64,000 nucleotides of DNA from Candidatus Omnitrophota bacterium (GTDB lineage Bacteria; Omnitrophota; Gorgyraeia; Velamenicoccales; Velamenicoccaceae): contig DMEU01000011.1 of the NCBI GenBank assembly GCA_003451585.1, forward strand, positions 29,493 through 93,492. The letters are read 5' to 3'. Of the stretch, positions 43,419 through 52,921 are shown one piece after another. A program made the translations under genes and the position numbers. The stretch's first letter is position 1; each line of letters starts with the position of its first letter. Below the pieces are notes generated by a model. It had not been told where the DNA came from. It did not search any database and was given only the letters and a program-made list of their open reading frames with translations.

Positions 43419-46301
43419 ATGTTGGGATTTTATAAAAAAATTTTAGTGACTTATTTAATCTTTTTAATAAGTTTCAATATTATTTTTCCGCCGGACGTAT
43501 GTTATGCATCGGTCTCTCCGCAGATAGGAGATTTTTTTTGCCAGAGGGGTATATCCTATTTTGATCAGGGCAAGTATCCTCAGGCAAGCGTAGAGTTTAA
43601 AAAGGCGCTTCTGGCCAATCCGGAATCCGCAATCGCAAAAAAATATATTTTGTTGATCGAAGGCGGGCCTGCGGCCGTACAAAATGATCAGATGTCCGTC
43701 CTGGGCAGGAAAATCTCCGAAGTAAATTCCGCCTTGAGCCAGCATGAATTCATCTCAGACCAGATATCCGTTTTCGCTATGCCGCAACAGGATGGAGATA
43801 GCACGTCTGTGTTTGAATTTCAGGAAGAGGTCGCGTTAAAAAGATCTCAAAGCAAAAAGAAACAAGCTTATAAAGAGATCATGCGCCAGCCTGCAGGAGA
43901 GGCCTTGCCGCAGGAAAAGGTAGTTGTCGATATAAATATTAAAGACGAAGGCAGGGATTTCCTGGAGGTAGGGACGAATGTGGGCGAACACCTTATTCTA
44001 AAAGGCAGGAATATCTCGAGGTTCCTTATTACCGATCCCGGTCTTATAAAAGTTTCTTTGGATGGTAATTCTGCTGTTTTGGCCCAGCTTTTGGAACCCG
44101 GCACCACCTATATCCATATTTGGGATGAAGGGCAGCGCAAGACCTTAAAATTCATGATAGGCCAGAGGAAGCTCGATCAACAGTATTTAGAGGCCCAAAA
44201 GGAGAAGGCGTTAAAGGCCAGCCTTCCTGAGCCATTTAAGGTCAGTTATTCGATAGAAGGGGATTCTTTTATGTCCGGCAGGGGGTTCGGCGACCTTGAG
44301 CGGAAAAATTATACCATCAACTATAGTTCATCAATTATCGGAGAGACGCCATACGGTAACTTCGATACATCTGTGCAGGCGGACCGCACTCAGTCAAAAA
44401 AATACCATGTCTCGAACCTGCGTATGGGCCTGACAGGCGCGCATTATGACGAGTTCAAGGATATCAATCTGCGGTTTTTTGATTTCACCCCGGCTATAAC
44501 TAATTTTGGTTTCCCTACATCTGATCTCCGCGGCGTGATGATGGATGCCCCGATGTTTGAAAAACGCGTTAATTACACGGCTTTTTGGGGCGCGATCCCG
44601 TTCGGTGATTTTACAAGGCTTTCTTCGACCTCCGGCCTTGACAGGACGAAGGAGGCGTGGCTCGAAGGTATATCCGTTAATTACAAGCCGTTGGATTTTG
44701 CCAATTTCAAGGCGTTCTACGCGCACTCGTATGGCCCGGAGAGGACACAGCCTGTTTTAACCGACGAGGTCAGGGGTTTTGGCATGGATTATAATCTTGG
44801 AAGGTTTAACATCAGTTCCGAGATGGTGCAGGATCCGGACAATATCTCATATACCGCCAATTCTAGCGTTACATTTTCAAAACTCCGCATTGGCCTGACC
44901 ATGACAGAGAATAATAAGGACTTCGCTTCCGTCTTGGGCGGCATACCTTCAAGCGGCTCGACGAGCGGTACGTTGACTACGACTTACAGGCCGGCACAGG
45001 ATGTCACCATATCGAATACTTTTTCCGGCACACGCGATAAGGTCTTTGGTAACCCGGATAGGCCGGCCAGGCCGAATTACAATTCGGATACACGCCTGAA
45101 TTGGGTGATCGACCCGCATACTGAATTTGAAATGTCCTATGGGCTGGATGATCAGATAGGCTCGAATTCTCCGGCGGTCACAGAGACCAAGGAAGTTACC
45201 CTGCGCAAGAAGCTGTTTTTCTTAAAAAAACTTAACACATTCGTGAGTTATCAGAACAGAAAGACAAAGAATTATACATCTCCTGCCCAGGATTTTAATA
45301 ATAATCGTATATTGGCCGGGCTTAGTTTCAGGGTGGTCAGCGAACTATACGCTTACTGGCGCAGGGAATTCAATATGCTGCATAATAAATTTTCAAATGA
45401 AGATGCCTTCCCTACGGCACAGGAAATAGGCCTCAATTTTTACAAGCAGATATTCGATACGCCTTTTTACCTGAATTCCAGGCTCTATTACCGCGACGAG
45501 GAAAATACGGAGTCTACTTTGAGTTTTTTGAGCGGCGAGGACCGCTTGGAGGGCGAGAGCGAGTTGACATTTAAGCCGAACCCGGATACCGAGACATTCC
45601 TTAAGGTCAGGCTGTCGAATATATGGGCTGAAAAAGCAGGTGTTGCCAAGCACCTGGATTTTGATTTTACTTTTGGCGTAAGGTTGGTTTGGGACACCGG
45701 CCTGCGCTGGCGATCCGTTGGAGGTTTTTACGGATATTGTTTCTATGATATTAACGCCGACGGTAAAAAGCAGCCGGATGAACACGGAGTAAAGGGGGTC
45801 GGGATCATCGGCCCTGCAGGCAAGCAGGTTGTTACGGATGAAAGGGGATATTACAAGATCCCTTCGGTTACAGGGAAGAAGGCCCTTTTAGAGATGAGTG
45901 TCAATACATTGCCTAAGGGGTATAATCCGACTACCTCAGTTTCACGTGAGGTGGATATAGTGCACGGGAAGGCCAAAAGAGTGGATTTCGGGATTGCCAC
46001 AAGGTCTGAGATCTCAGGGCTCATCTATTATGACAAAAACGCCAACGGACAGTATGATTCCGGGGATGAACCGGTCAAGGGTGTTGTGATCACACTTGAT
46101 GATAAGGAAAGAGCGGCGAGCAGCATAATGGGCGAATATATGTTTAGAAAGCTCTCGCCCGGTGAACATACCTTGAGGCTCGACCTAAAGTCCATCCCTG
46201 TAGAGTTTATCCCTAAGGTAGCGGTTGCGAAGTCATTGAAGGTCATCGAAGGCACGACCTTTGTTTATAATATACCGTTAGAAAAAGCGGCGGAAAAGTA
46301 A
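43419..46301 (+). CDS. 960-aa outer-membrane protein: TPR + CpaC-type pilus N-terminal domain + putative beta-barrel + two SdrD-B-like domains
   Basis: The signal/anchor is followed by a TPR segment, then LEVGTNVGEHLILKGRNISRFLITDPGLIKV...GTTYIHIWDEG (secretin-N 'pilus formation' pattern). A long alternating beta-strand region rich in Y/F-x-N/S/T comes next. The C-terminus has YYDxNxNGxxDxxExxxxGV repeats. Confidence 0.55.
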   Translation: MLGFYKKILVTYLIFLISFNIIFPPDVCYASVSPQIGDFFCQRGISYFDQGKYPQASVEFKKALLANPESAIAKKYILLIEGGPAAVQNDQMSVLGRKISEVNSALSQHEFISDQISVFAMPQQDGDSTSVFEFQEEVALKRSQSKKKQAYKEIMRQPAGEALPQEKVVVDINIKDEGRDFLEVGTNVGEHLILKGRNISRFLITDPGLIKVSLDGNSAVLAQLLEPGTTYIHIWDEGQRKTLKFMIGQRKLDQQYLEAQKEKALKASLPEPFKVSYSIEGDSFMSGRGFGDLERKNYTINYSSSIIGETPYGNFDTSVQADRTQSKKYHVSNLRMGLTGAHYDEFKDINLRFFDFTPAITNFGFPTSDLRGVMMDAPMFEKRVNYTAFWGAIPFGDFTRLSSTSGLDRTKEAWLEGISVNYKPLDFANFKAFYAHSYGPERTQPVLTDEVRGFGMDYNLGRFNISSEMVQDPDNISYTANSSVTFSKLRIGLTMTENNKDFASVLGGIPSSGSTSGTLTTTYRPAQDVTISNTFSGTRDKVFGNPDRPARPNYNSDTRLNWVIDPHTEFEMSYGLDDQIGSNSPAVTETKEVTLRKKLFFLKKLNTFVSYQNRKTKNYTSPAQDFNNNRILAGLSFRVVSELYAYWRREFNMLHNKFSNEDAFPTAQEIGLNFYKQIFDTPFYLNSRLYYRDEENTESTLSFLSGEDRLEGESELTFKPNPDTETFLKVRLSNIWAEKAGVAKHLDFDFTFGVRLVWDTGLRWRSVGGFYGYCFYDINADGKKQPDEHGVKGVGIIGPAGKQVVTDERGYYKIPSVTGKKALLEMSVNTLPKGYNPTTSVSREVDIVHGKAKRVDFGIATRSEISGLIYYDKNANGQYDSGDEPVKGVVITLDDKERAASSIMGEYMFRKLSPGEHTLRLDLKSIPVEFIPKVAVAKSLKVIEGTTFVYNIPLEKAAEK

Positions 46302-46308
46302 TGGCGGC

Positions 46309-46626
46309 CTATCTTGCGCAGACGGTGTAAATGGTAGTTTTTTGTTCGTCAGTCGTATTTTCTGCTAAGACCATATTCTCTTGGCTAGTGATGAGTTTTT
46401 GTTCTTCCTGGATGTCATAATCGCCGGATGCGCCCATGGCCACAGGGGCCTGTGGAGTTTGTGGCGTGTTTGTGGTAGCAGGCGCCTGAGCCCTGATTTC
46501 CAATAACTGCGGCATGATACAGCTGGCAGTCCCGCTGATAGTCGTCCCCCCAGCCAGACATACATTGACCGGAATAACACAGACCAGGGTCAACAGTGAT
46601 ATTAAGGTAGGTCTCTTTGCCTTCAT
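46309..46626 (-). CDS. small secreted protein under c-di-GMP riboswitch control
   Basis: The only convincing minus-strand ORF. Signal peptide MKAKRPTLISLLTLVCVIPVNVCLA, GAGGG Shine-Dalgarno sequence 5 nt upstream, and location directly downstream of the riboswitch/terminator. Confidence 0.7.
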   Translation of the reverse strand: MKAKRPTLISLLTLVCVIPVNVCLAGGTTISGTASCIMPQLLEIRAQAPATTNTPQTPQAPVAMGASGDYDIQEEQKLITSQENMVLAENTTDEQKTTIYTVCAR

Positions 46627-46650
46627 TTAGCCCTCGGTATTTACAGGGCA

Positions 46651-46681
46651 AATAAAAAACCCATTCAAAGAATGAATGGGT
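46651..46681 (-). terminator. intrinsic terminator forming the riboswitch expression platform
   Basis: On the minus strand: ACCCAUUCA-UUCUU-UGAAUGGGU followed by UUUUUUAUU. The upstream AUUCAAAG can alternatively pair with CUUUGAAU as an anti-terminator. Confidence 0.75.
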
Positions 46682-46714
46682 CCTTTGAATTGACGAGATC
46701 CGGCTTAAATAAGC

Positions 46715-46810
46715 GGATACGGCAGCCCGACCATCCGCCGCTAAAACTCTGGCGGATTCGAGGCTTTGCGTCCTACCCTTTCGGATAGTTTGCCCTTTTG
46801 TTCCTAAAGA
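46715..46810 (-). promoter_or_regulatory. c-di-GMP-I (GEMM-I) riboswitch aptamer
   Basis: The minus strand reads AAGGGCAAAC-UAUCC-GAAA-GGGUAG-GACGCAAAGCC-UCGAAUCCGCC...GGCGGAU-GGUCGGGCUGCC. This matches the conserved GGCAAAC / GNRA hairpin / GACGCAAAGCC core and the P2 helix of GEMM-I (compare V. cholerae Vc2). Confidence 0.85.
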
Positions 46811-46830
46811 ACGGCCTTGGTTACAGGTAA

Positions 46831-46859
46831 AATATATCATATGAAAATCATGTTTTCAA
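46831..46859 (-). promoter_or_regulatory. sigma70-type promoter for the riboswitch transcript
   Basis: Minus strand: TTGAAA, 17-nt spacer, TATATT, ending about 20 nt upstream of the aptamer. Confidence 0.6.
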
Positions 46860-46884
46860 GGGGAGGTGATAGAGGGTAAATGTG

Positions 46885-46913
46885 TTGACGAACAGTTCCC
46901 GAGGATGTATAAT
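46885..46913 (+). promoter_or_regulatory. recA promoter
   Basis: TTGACG (46885-46890), 17-nt spacer, TATAAT (46908-46913). It is divergent from the riboswitch promoter. Confidence 0.7.
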
Positions 46914-46947
46914 TTCTACCTTAACTAGACAATAAGGAGGAGTTTCT

Positions 46948-48015
46948 ATGGTCAATAAAGATAATAAAGAGAAGGACTTAAGTAAGAAAGAGGACGGAGC
47001 TAACAGGATGAAGGCTTTAGAGTTAGCCTTGGCCCAGATAGAAAAACAATTCGGAAAAGGCTCTATCATGAAGCTTGGCGAAGATGTTAAGCTCGATGTG
47101 CCTGTTATCCCTACAGGCTCGATCTCGCTTGATCTTGCTTTAGGCGTCGGTGGTATACCGCGCGGAAGGGTCATTGAGATATTCGGCCCTGAGGCCTCCG
47201 GCAAAACAACACTTACATTGAGCGTGATTGCTCAGGCGCAGAAACAAGGCGGTGTAGCGGCGTTTATCGATGCAGAGCATGCCTTTGATTCCACTTATGC
47301 CAAAAAGATCGGTGTGAATTTAGACGACCTTTTGATATCCCAGCCCGATACCGGAGAGCAGGCCTTAGAGATTGCAGAGACCCTGGTGCGTTCGAATGCT
47401 GTGGACCTCGTGGTCGTGGATTCGGTGGCAGCGCTTACTCCGCGCGCGGAGATAGAAGGCGATATGGGCGATTCCCACATGGGTTTGCAGGCCCGCCTGA
47501 TGTCGCAGGCCTTAAGAAAGCTTACCGGCACGATCTCCAAATCCAAGACGTGCGTTATTTTCATTAATCAGATCCGTGAGAAGATAGGGGTAATGTTCGG
47601 TAATCCTGAGACGACGACAGGCGGCCGCGCGCTTAAGTTCTACTCATCCTTAAGGCTGGATCTAAGAAGGATAGGATATATCAAGTCAGGCGATGAAGTT
47701 ACAGGAAGCCGCGTACGCGTCCGGGTAGTCAAGAACAAGGTCGCCCCTCCTTTTAAAGAGACAGAGGTCGATTTTCTCCATAGTGAAGGTATTTCCCTCG
47801 AAGCCGATCTGATAGATACAGGCGTTACTTTAGGTGTTTTGCAAAAGTCAGGCTCATGGGTCTTATATGGAGAGCAAAAATTAGGGCAGGGCAGAGATAC
47901 CGCCAGGATATTCTTAAAAGAAAACCCGAAGGTTGCCGCTGAGATCGACAAGAAGATACGGCAAGAGCACGCGAGGAAACTGGCTGAGGCGCACGCGCAA
48001 GGCCCTAAGAAGTAA
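46948..48015 (+). CDS. recA: recombinase RecA
   Basis: Walker [10 protein letters not shown] and full-length RecA similarity. AAGGAGGAG Shine-Dalgarno sequence. Confidence 0.97.
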   Translation: MVNKDNKEKDLSKKEDGANRMKALELALAQIEKQFGKGSIMKLGEDVKLDVPVIPTGSISLDLALGVGGIPRGRVIEIFGPEASGKTTLTLSVIAQAQKQGGVAAFIDAEHAFDSTYAKKIGVNLDDLLISQPDTGEQALEIAETLVRSNAVDLVVVDSVAALTPRAEIEGDMGDSHMGLQARLMSQALRKLTGTISKSKTCVIFINQIREKIGVMFGNPETTTGGRALKFYSSLRLDLRRIGYIKSGDEVTGSRVRVRVVKNKVAPPFKETEVDFLHSEGISLEADLIDTGVTLGVLQKSGSWVLYGEQKLGQGRDTARIFLKENPKVAAEIDKKIRQEHARKLAEAHAQGPKK

Positions 48016-48482
48016 TGCAGGACAGAGACGATCTTTCAAAAGCCAGGAATTGCGCCCTTCGGCTCATCAAATTCAGGCTGCGAAGCGAAAAAGAAGTCAG
48101 GGATAAATTAAAAGAGAAAGGCTTCGCTGCCGAGACTATCGATACAGCAGTTGATTTCTTGAAAAAAACAGGCCTTTTGGACGATACGCTTTTTGCCAGG
48201 TTGTGGGTTGAAAGCCGTATAAAGAGGCCTCTTGGCCTGGCGCGCCTGCGTCTTGAGTTAAAGAAAAAAGGTATAGATAAGGGCGTTATCGAGCCTGTCC
48301 TGGAAGCCGCGTCAGCCAATTACAGCGAGGAAGAGGCGGTAAAGAACATTATAGATATGAAGATAAAAAAGATGCGCGGCCTTGATCCGGTAAAGGCAAA
48401 GCGCAGGCTTTATGGTTTTTTGTTGCGTCGTGGATACCCTTACGGACTTGTGATGGACGCGTTAAAAGAGATCGAAGAATGA
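48015..48482 (+). CDS. recX: recombination regulator RecX
   Basis: ~155 aa helical-repeat protein with the RecX pattern (A..LL..R.RSE.E....L...G), immediately after recA. Confidence 0.85.
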   Translation: MQDRDDLSKARNCALRLIKFRLRSEKEVRDKLKEKGFAAETIDTAVDFLKKTGLLDDTLFARLWVESRIKRPLGLARLRLELKKKGIDKGVIEPVLEAASANYSEEEAVKNIIDMKIKKMRGLDPVKAKRRLYGFLLRRGYPYGLVMDALKEIEE

Positions 48483-51076
48483 AAAAACTGACCACCAGCC
48501 AATTAAGAAAACTATATCTGGATTATTTTGAGGCCCGTGGCCATCGTCTGGTTAAGAGCGATTCACTGGTGCCTGCTAATGATCCCTCGGTCCTTTTCAC
48601 TTCGGCCGGCATGAATCAGTTTAAGGACCATTTTTTAGGCAGGGTAAAGGATTTTAAGCGCGCCGCAAGCTGCCAGAAATGCCTGCGCACCGGAGACCTC
48701 GAGGAGGTCGGCCGTACGCCTTTCCACCATACCTTTTTTGAGATGCTCGGTAATTTTTCCTTCGGTGATTATTTTAAGAAAGAGGCCATAGAATGGGGCT
48801 GGGAATTCGTGACGAGTGTCTTAGAGATAGACCCGGCGAAGCTGTGGGTTTCGGTATACGAGGATGATGCCGAGGCGCTGGACTTATGGAATAAGCATAT
48901 GAAGCTGCCTTTAGAGAAGATCAAGAGATTCGGAGCCAAAGACAACTTCTGGCCTTCGGATGCCATAAAGGCCGGGCCGAACGGGCCTTGCGGGCCGTGC
49001 TCGGAGATATATTACCAAAAAGAGGACGGAGGATCGGTCGAGGTCTGGAATCTTGTCTTCACGCAGTTCAACCGCTGTGACGCAGGGGTCCTAGAACCAT
49101 TACCCAATAAGAACATCGATACAGGTATGGGCTTGGAAAGGATGGCCCAGGTCTTACAGGGTGTCGATTCCAATTTTAAGATAGATATCTTCGTGCCGAT
49201 ATTAGATAGCGTCAAGAAGTCTACCGAGGTGCGTGAAGAAAAGCTGTTGAACATGATAGCCGACCATGCCAGGGCCGTTACTTTCTGTATTTGTGACGGC
49301 GTCCTGCCTTCAAATGACGGACGCGGTTATGTTGTAAGAAAACTTATAAGGCGCTGTGCATATTACGCGCAAAGCAAGTCCCCGAAACCCTTCGTCTATA
49401 AAATAGTCTCGAGCATAGCCGAATCGATGGGTGACCAATATCCTGACCTTATCGGCCGCCGCGACAACATAGCGCAGATAATCAAGGCAGAGGAAGAAAA
49501 ATATATAAAGAACATCTTAGAAGGCGGAGCTGAAAAGCTATCGGCTGTCATAGAAAATTTGAAAAAGGCGGGCCGGGACAGCCTGCCTGCGGATGCAGGG
49601 CTTGATCTGTATGTAACATACGGCATACAGCCTGATTTCACAAAGGAGTTCTGTGAAAGAGAGGGCATATCCGTTGATCTGGCCCAGATAGATACTTTGA
49701 TAAAGAGCGAACAGGAAAAGTCCAGGGTGTCGAGCAAGATGTCGGCCTCGATCTTTTCTAAAGATGCCGTATCGCTTAAAAGGTCTAAATTCGTAGGCCA
49801 CGAACTGAATTTTTGCGAAAGTTCAGTCCTGCAGATAATAAAAGACGGCCGCGAGGTCCAGGAGTCTCCTGTCTCGGGTGAAATGGCTATTGTTTTGGAT
49901 GATACCCCTTTTTACGGTGAGTCCGGAGGGCAGATAGGGGATAGGGGGATCATAAGGCTTAAAAGTACCGGCGCCGAGTTGAAGGTCGTAGATGTTAAGA
50001 AAGAAGGGGATTCCATAATCCATAGCGTTGTGGGCCCTGATGGCGATGGAGTTATTAAGGCCGGAGATGAGGTCTTTGCAGATGTAGATAAGGGGTATCG
50101 TGAGGCTGTCAGGAGGGCCCATACAGCTACGCATATTTTACAGGCAGTCTTAAGGAAGGTCTTAGGTGAGCATGTGCACCAGGCCGGGTCATATGTCGAG
50201 CCGGACAGGTTCAGGTTCGATTTTACGCACTTCAAGGATATATCAGCCGAGGACATGGATCGCATACAGGAGTGTTTGAACGAGCTCGTCTTGAAGAATG
50301 ACAGGCTAAGCGCTAAGTTCATGGCCAAGAGTGAGGCCCAGAAGACAGGGGCCATGGCTTTATTCGGCGAAAAATATGAAGACACTGTGCGCGTCGTCTC
50401 TATCGGCGATTACAGCAAGGAGTTTTGCGGAGGGACTCACCTGGAGCATACAGGCCAGATCGGCCTTGTCGTCATAACCTCGGAGGCTTCTATCGGCAGC
50501 GGATTAAGGCGCATAGAGGCATTGACCGGGAAACTCGCGTACGAGAAGGCAAGAAACACATTCGATATATTGGAAGAAGCGGCTGGAATGCTTAAGACCA
50601 GGCCGGAGCAGTTTTTGGCAACGCTTGAGCAGTCATTGGCCAGATATAGATCGCTTGAGAAAGATATCCTTAAACTTAAGGAGGGCGAGCTAAGGTCAGA
50701 GATAGATGGTATCGCAGGAAAGGCGCGCCAGGTTAAGGACGTTTTTGTCGTAGTACATAGTTTCAGTAATATGGATGCCAATCTTTTAAGGGGGGCTGTT
50801 GACCTTTTGAAAGCGAAGATCCCGCAAAATGGGATATTTTTCCTGGGTTCTGTTTCTGGTGAAAACGCGTATTTTGTATGCGGCCTGACCAAGGACCTGG
50901 TTACAAAAGGTCTTTCCGCGGATGCGGTCATTAAAAAGATACTGGCAAAGGTTTCCGGGTCGGGCGGAGGCCGTAAAGATTTCGCGCAAGGCGGGACAAA
51001 AGAGGTAGCACTGGTTGACGCAGCTTATAAGGAATTTGAAGATATTTTAACGCAAGGATTAGGGGCAATAAAATGA
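48479..51076 (+). CDS. alaS: alanine--tRNA ligase
   Basis: Class II aaRS core (FFEMLGNFSFGDYFK), editing-domain HxxxH/CGGTH motifs and a C-terminal DHHA1-like region. Confidence 0.96.
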   Translation: MKKLTTSQLRKLYLDYFEARGHRLVKSDSLVPANDPSVLFTSAGMNQFKDHFLGRVKDFKRAASCQKCLRTGDLEEVGRTPFHHTFFEMLGNFSFGDYFKKEAIEWGWEFVTSVLEIDPAKLWVSVYEDDAEALDLWNKHMKLPLEKIKRFGAKDNFWPSDAIKAGPNGPCGPCSEIYYQKEDGGSVEVWNLVFTQFNRCDAGVLEPLPNKNIDTGMGLERMAQVLQGVDSNFKIDIFVPILDSVKKSTEVREEKLLNMIADHARAVTFCICDGVLPSNDGRGYVVRKLIRRCAYYAQSKSPKPFVYKIVSSIAESMGDQYPDLIGRRDNIAQIIKAEEEKYIKNILEGGAEKLSAVIENLKKAGRDSLPADAGLDLYVTYGIQPDFTKEFCEREGISVDLAQIDTLIKSEQEKSRVSSKMSASIFSKDAVSLKRSKFVGHELNFCESSVLQIIKDGREVQESPVSGEMAIVLDDTPFYGESGGQIGDRGIIRLKSTGAELKVVDVKKEGDSIIHSVVGPDGDGVIKAGDEVFADVDKGYREAVRRAHTATHILQAVLRKVLGEHVHQAGSYVEPDRFRFDFTHFKDISAEDMDRIQECLNELVLKNDRLSAKFMAKSEAQKTGAMALFGEKYEDTVRVVSIGDYSKEFCGGTHLEHTGQIGLVVITSEASIGSGLRRIEALTGKLAYEKARNTFDILEEAAGMLKTRPEQFLATLEQSLARYRSLEKDILKLKEGELRSEIDGIAGKARQVKDVFVVVHSFSNMDANLLRGAVDLLKAKIPQNGIFFLGSVSGENAYFVCGLTKDLVTKGLSADAVIKKILAKVSGSGGGRKDFAQGGTKEVALVDAAYKEFEDILTQGLGAIK

Positions 51077-52305
51077 AGATAATAAGGCCGAACTCAAAAG
51101 ATCTTGAAAGGCTGGAGACGAGGTTTAACTATTTGCAGAAACAGCGCGTCAAGGACAAGGTGGACAAGATCCTCCACGATGTGCGTTTAAGCGGCGATGA
51201 AGCCCTGCTGCGCTACACGCGTAAATTTGACGGCGTGAAGATGACATTAAAACAGATGCAGGTCACTGAGGCAGAAAAGAGCGGGGCGTATCAGGATATA
51301 AACCCGGAGTTCATATCGACGTTAAAAAAGATAATCGCGAATATCACGAAGTTCTATACGAAACAGCAAAAGCGTTCATGGAAGCAGTTCAATCAGGACG
51401 GGGTTTTCTTAGGGGAGAAGATCGACCCGTTGGGCCGCGTTGGTGTTTATGTGCCGGCTGGGACCGCACCTCTGGTCTCATGTGTTTATATGAGCGTCCT
51501 GCCTGCCCAGATAGCAGGGGTCAAAGATATCGTATTGGTGACGCCTCCGGATAAGAATGGGCATATTAATCCGCACATACTGGTCGTGGCCGATCTTTTG
51601 AAGGTCAACGAGATCTATAAGGTCGGAGGGGCGCAGGCTATCGCCGCGCTGGCCTTCGGCACAAAGACCATAAGAAAAGTAGACAAGATAGTAGGGCCCG
51701 GGAATAACTATGTTACGGAAGCCAAACGGCAGGTCTTCGGTTACTGCGATATCGATATGCTGGCTGGCCCGACTGAGCTGGTAGTCATCGCTAACCGTCA
51801 TTCTAATGTGGATTTTGTCTTAAGCGACTTGTCGGCCCAGGCTGAACACGCCGGCGGGTTGGCTGTTTTGATCACGCCCTCAAAGACACTTGCCAAACAG
51901 GTTAAGCAGGCCTTGCCGGGAAATGAGAACGGCTATATAGTGCTTGTCAAAAATCTGGATGAGGCCCTTGAGGTCAGTAATCGCATAGCGCCTGAGCACT
52001 TAGAGATCTTGACGAACGATCCGCGTAAGTTCGTAAAGAAGGTCAAGAACGCGGGTGCGCTTTTTCTCGGGCCGTACAGCCCGGTGGCTATCGGTGATTA
52101 TTTCGCCGGCCCAAGCCATGTATTGCCTACAGCCGGAAGCGCCCGGTTTTTCTCAGGATTGTCCTCGCATGATTTTTTAAGGAGCACCCACATTTTATCT
52201 TATTCAAAGAAGGCGCTTGAAGAATCAAGGCCGCATATAGAGAAACTTTGCTCCATCGAAGGGTTGAATAAACATTTTGAATCAGTGAAAAAGAGGTTTG
52301 AATAG
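51073..52305 (+). CDS. hisD: histidinol dehydrogenase
   Basis: VGPGNNYVTEAKR and AEH/GP motifs. Operon context supports the call. Confidence 0.9.
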   Translation: MKIIRPNSKDLERLETRFNYLQKQRVKDKVDKILHDVRLSGDEALLRYTRKFDGVKMTLKQMQVTEAEKSGAYQDINPEFISTLKKIIANITKFYTKQQKRSWKQFNQDGVFLGEKIDPLGRVGVYVPAGTAPLVSCVYMSVLPAQIAGVKDIVLVTPPDKNGHINPHILVVADLLKVNEIYKVGGAQAIAALAFGTKTIRKVDKIVGPGNNYVTEAKRQVFGYCDIDMLAGPTELVVIANRHSNVDFVLSDLSAQAEHAGGLAVLITPSKTLAKQVKQALPGNENGYIVLVKNLDEALEVSNRIAPEHLEILTNDPRKFVKKVKNAGALFLGPYSPVAIGDYFAGPSHVLPTAGSARFFSGLSSHDFLRSTHILSYSKKALEESRPHIEKLCSIEGLNKHFESVKKRFE

Positions 52306-52317
52306 AATAGCGAGGGG

Positions 52318-52920
52318 ATGATGCCAAAGACTGTGACGGTGAAGAGAAAGACCGGTGAGACGGATATCGAGATAACACTGGGCATTTATGGTAAGGGCAG
52401 GCATATGGTCAAGACAGGCATAGCTTTTCTTGACCATATGCTGTCTCTTTTTGCCAAACATGGATTATTCGATCTGGAAGTCAAGGCGAAGGGCGACCTC
52501 GATGTGGACATACACCATACCAATGAAGACGTGGCTATTACTTTGGGTGAGGCGTTTTCAAAGGCATTGGGAAAAAGGGCAGGAATCAAGAGGTTCGGCG
52601 AGGCCACAGTCCCTATGGATGAGTCGCTGGTAAGGACAGCGCTGGACATTTCAGGCAGGCCGTTCTTGAAATTCAGGGAAGCGAAAAAATTTAGCGTTGA
52701 TAAGACGGATGCCGAAGGTTACAGCCTGAATTATGCCGAGCAATTTTTAAAGGCATTCGCCGATAATGCCAGGATGACTTTGCATGTGGATATCCTGGAG
52801 GCAAAAGACCTGCACCATATTATAGAGGCTGTGTTCAAATCTATGGCAAAAGCCATGTTGAGGGCTGTTGAAAAAGAACCGCGTTCAGGGTCTGTTCCGT
52901 CTACGAAAGGCCGGATCTAA
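52318..52920 (+). CDS. hisB: imidazoleglycerol-phosphate dehydratase
   Basis: D.HHTNED and HHIIEA metal-binding motifs. Monofunctional size. Confidence 0.92.
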   Translation: MMPKTVTVKRKTGETDIEITLGIYGKGRHMVKTGIAFLDHMLSLFAKHGLFDLEVKAKGDLDVDIHHTNEDVAITLGEAFSKALGKRAGIKRFGEATVPMDESLVRTALDISGRPFLKFREAKKFSVDKTDAEGYSLNYAEQFLKAFADNARMTLHVDILEAKDLHHIIEAVFKSMAKAMLRAVEKEPRSGSVPSTKGRI

Positions 52921-52921
52921 A

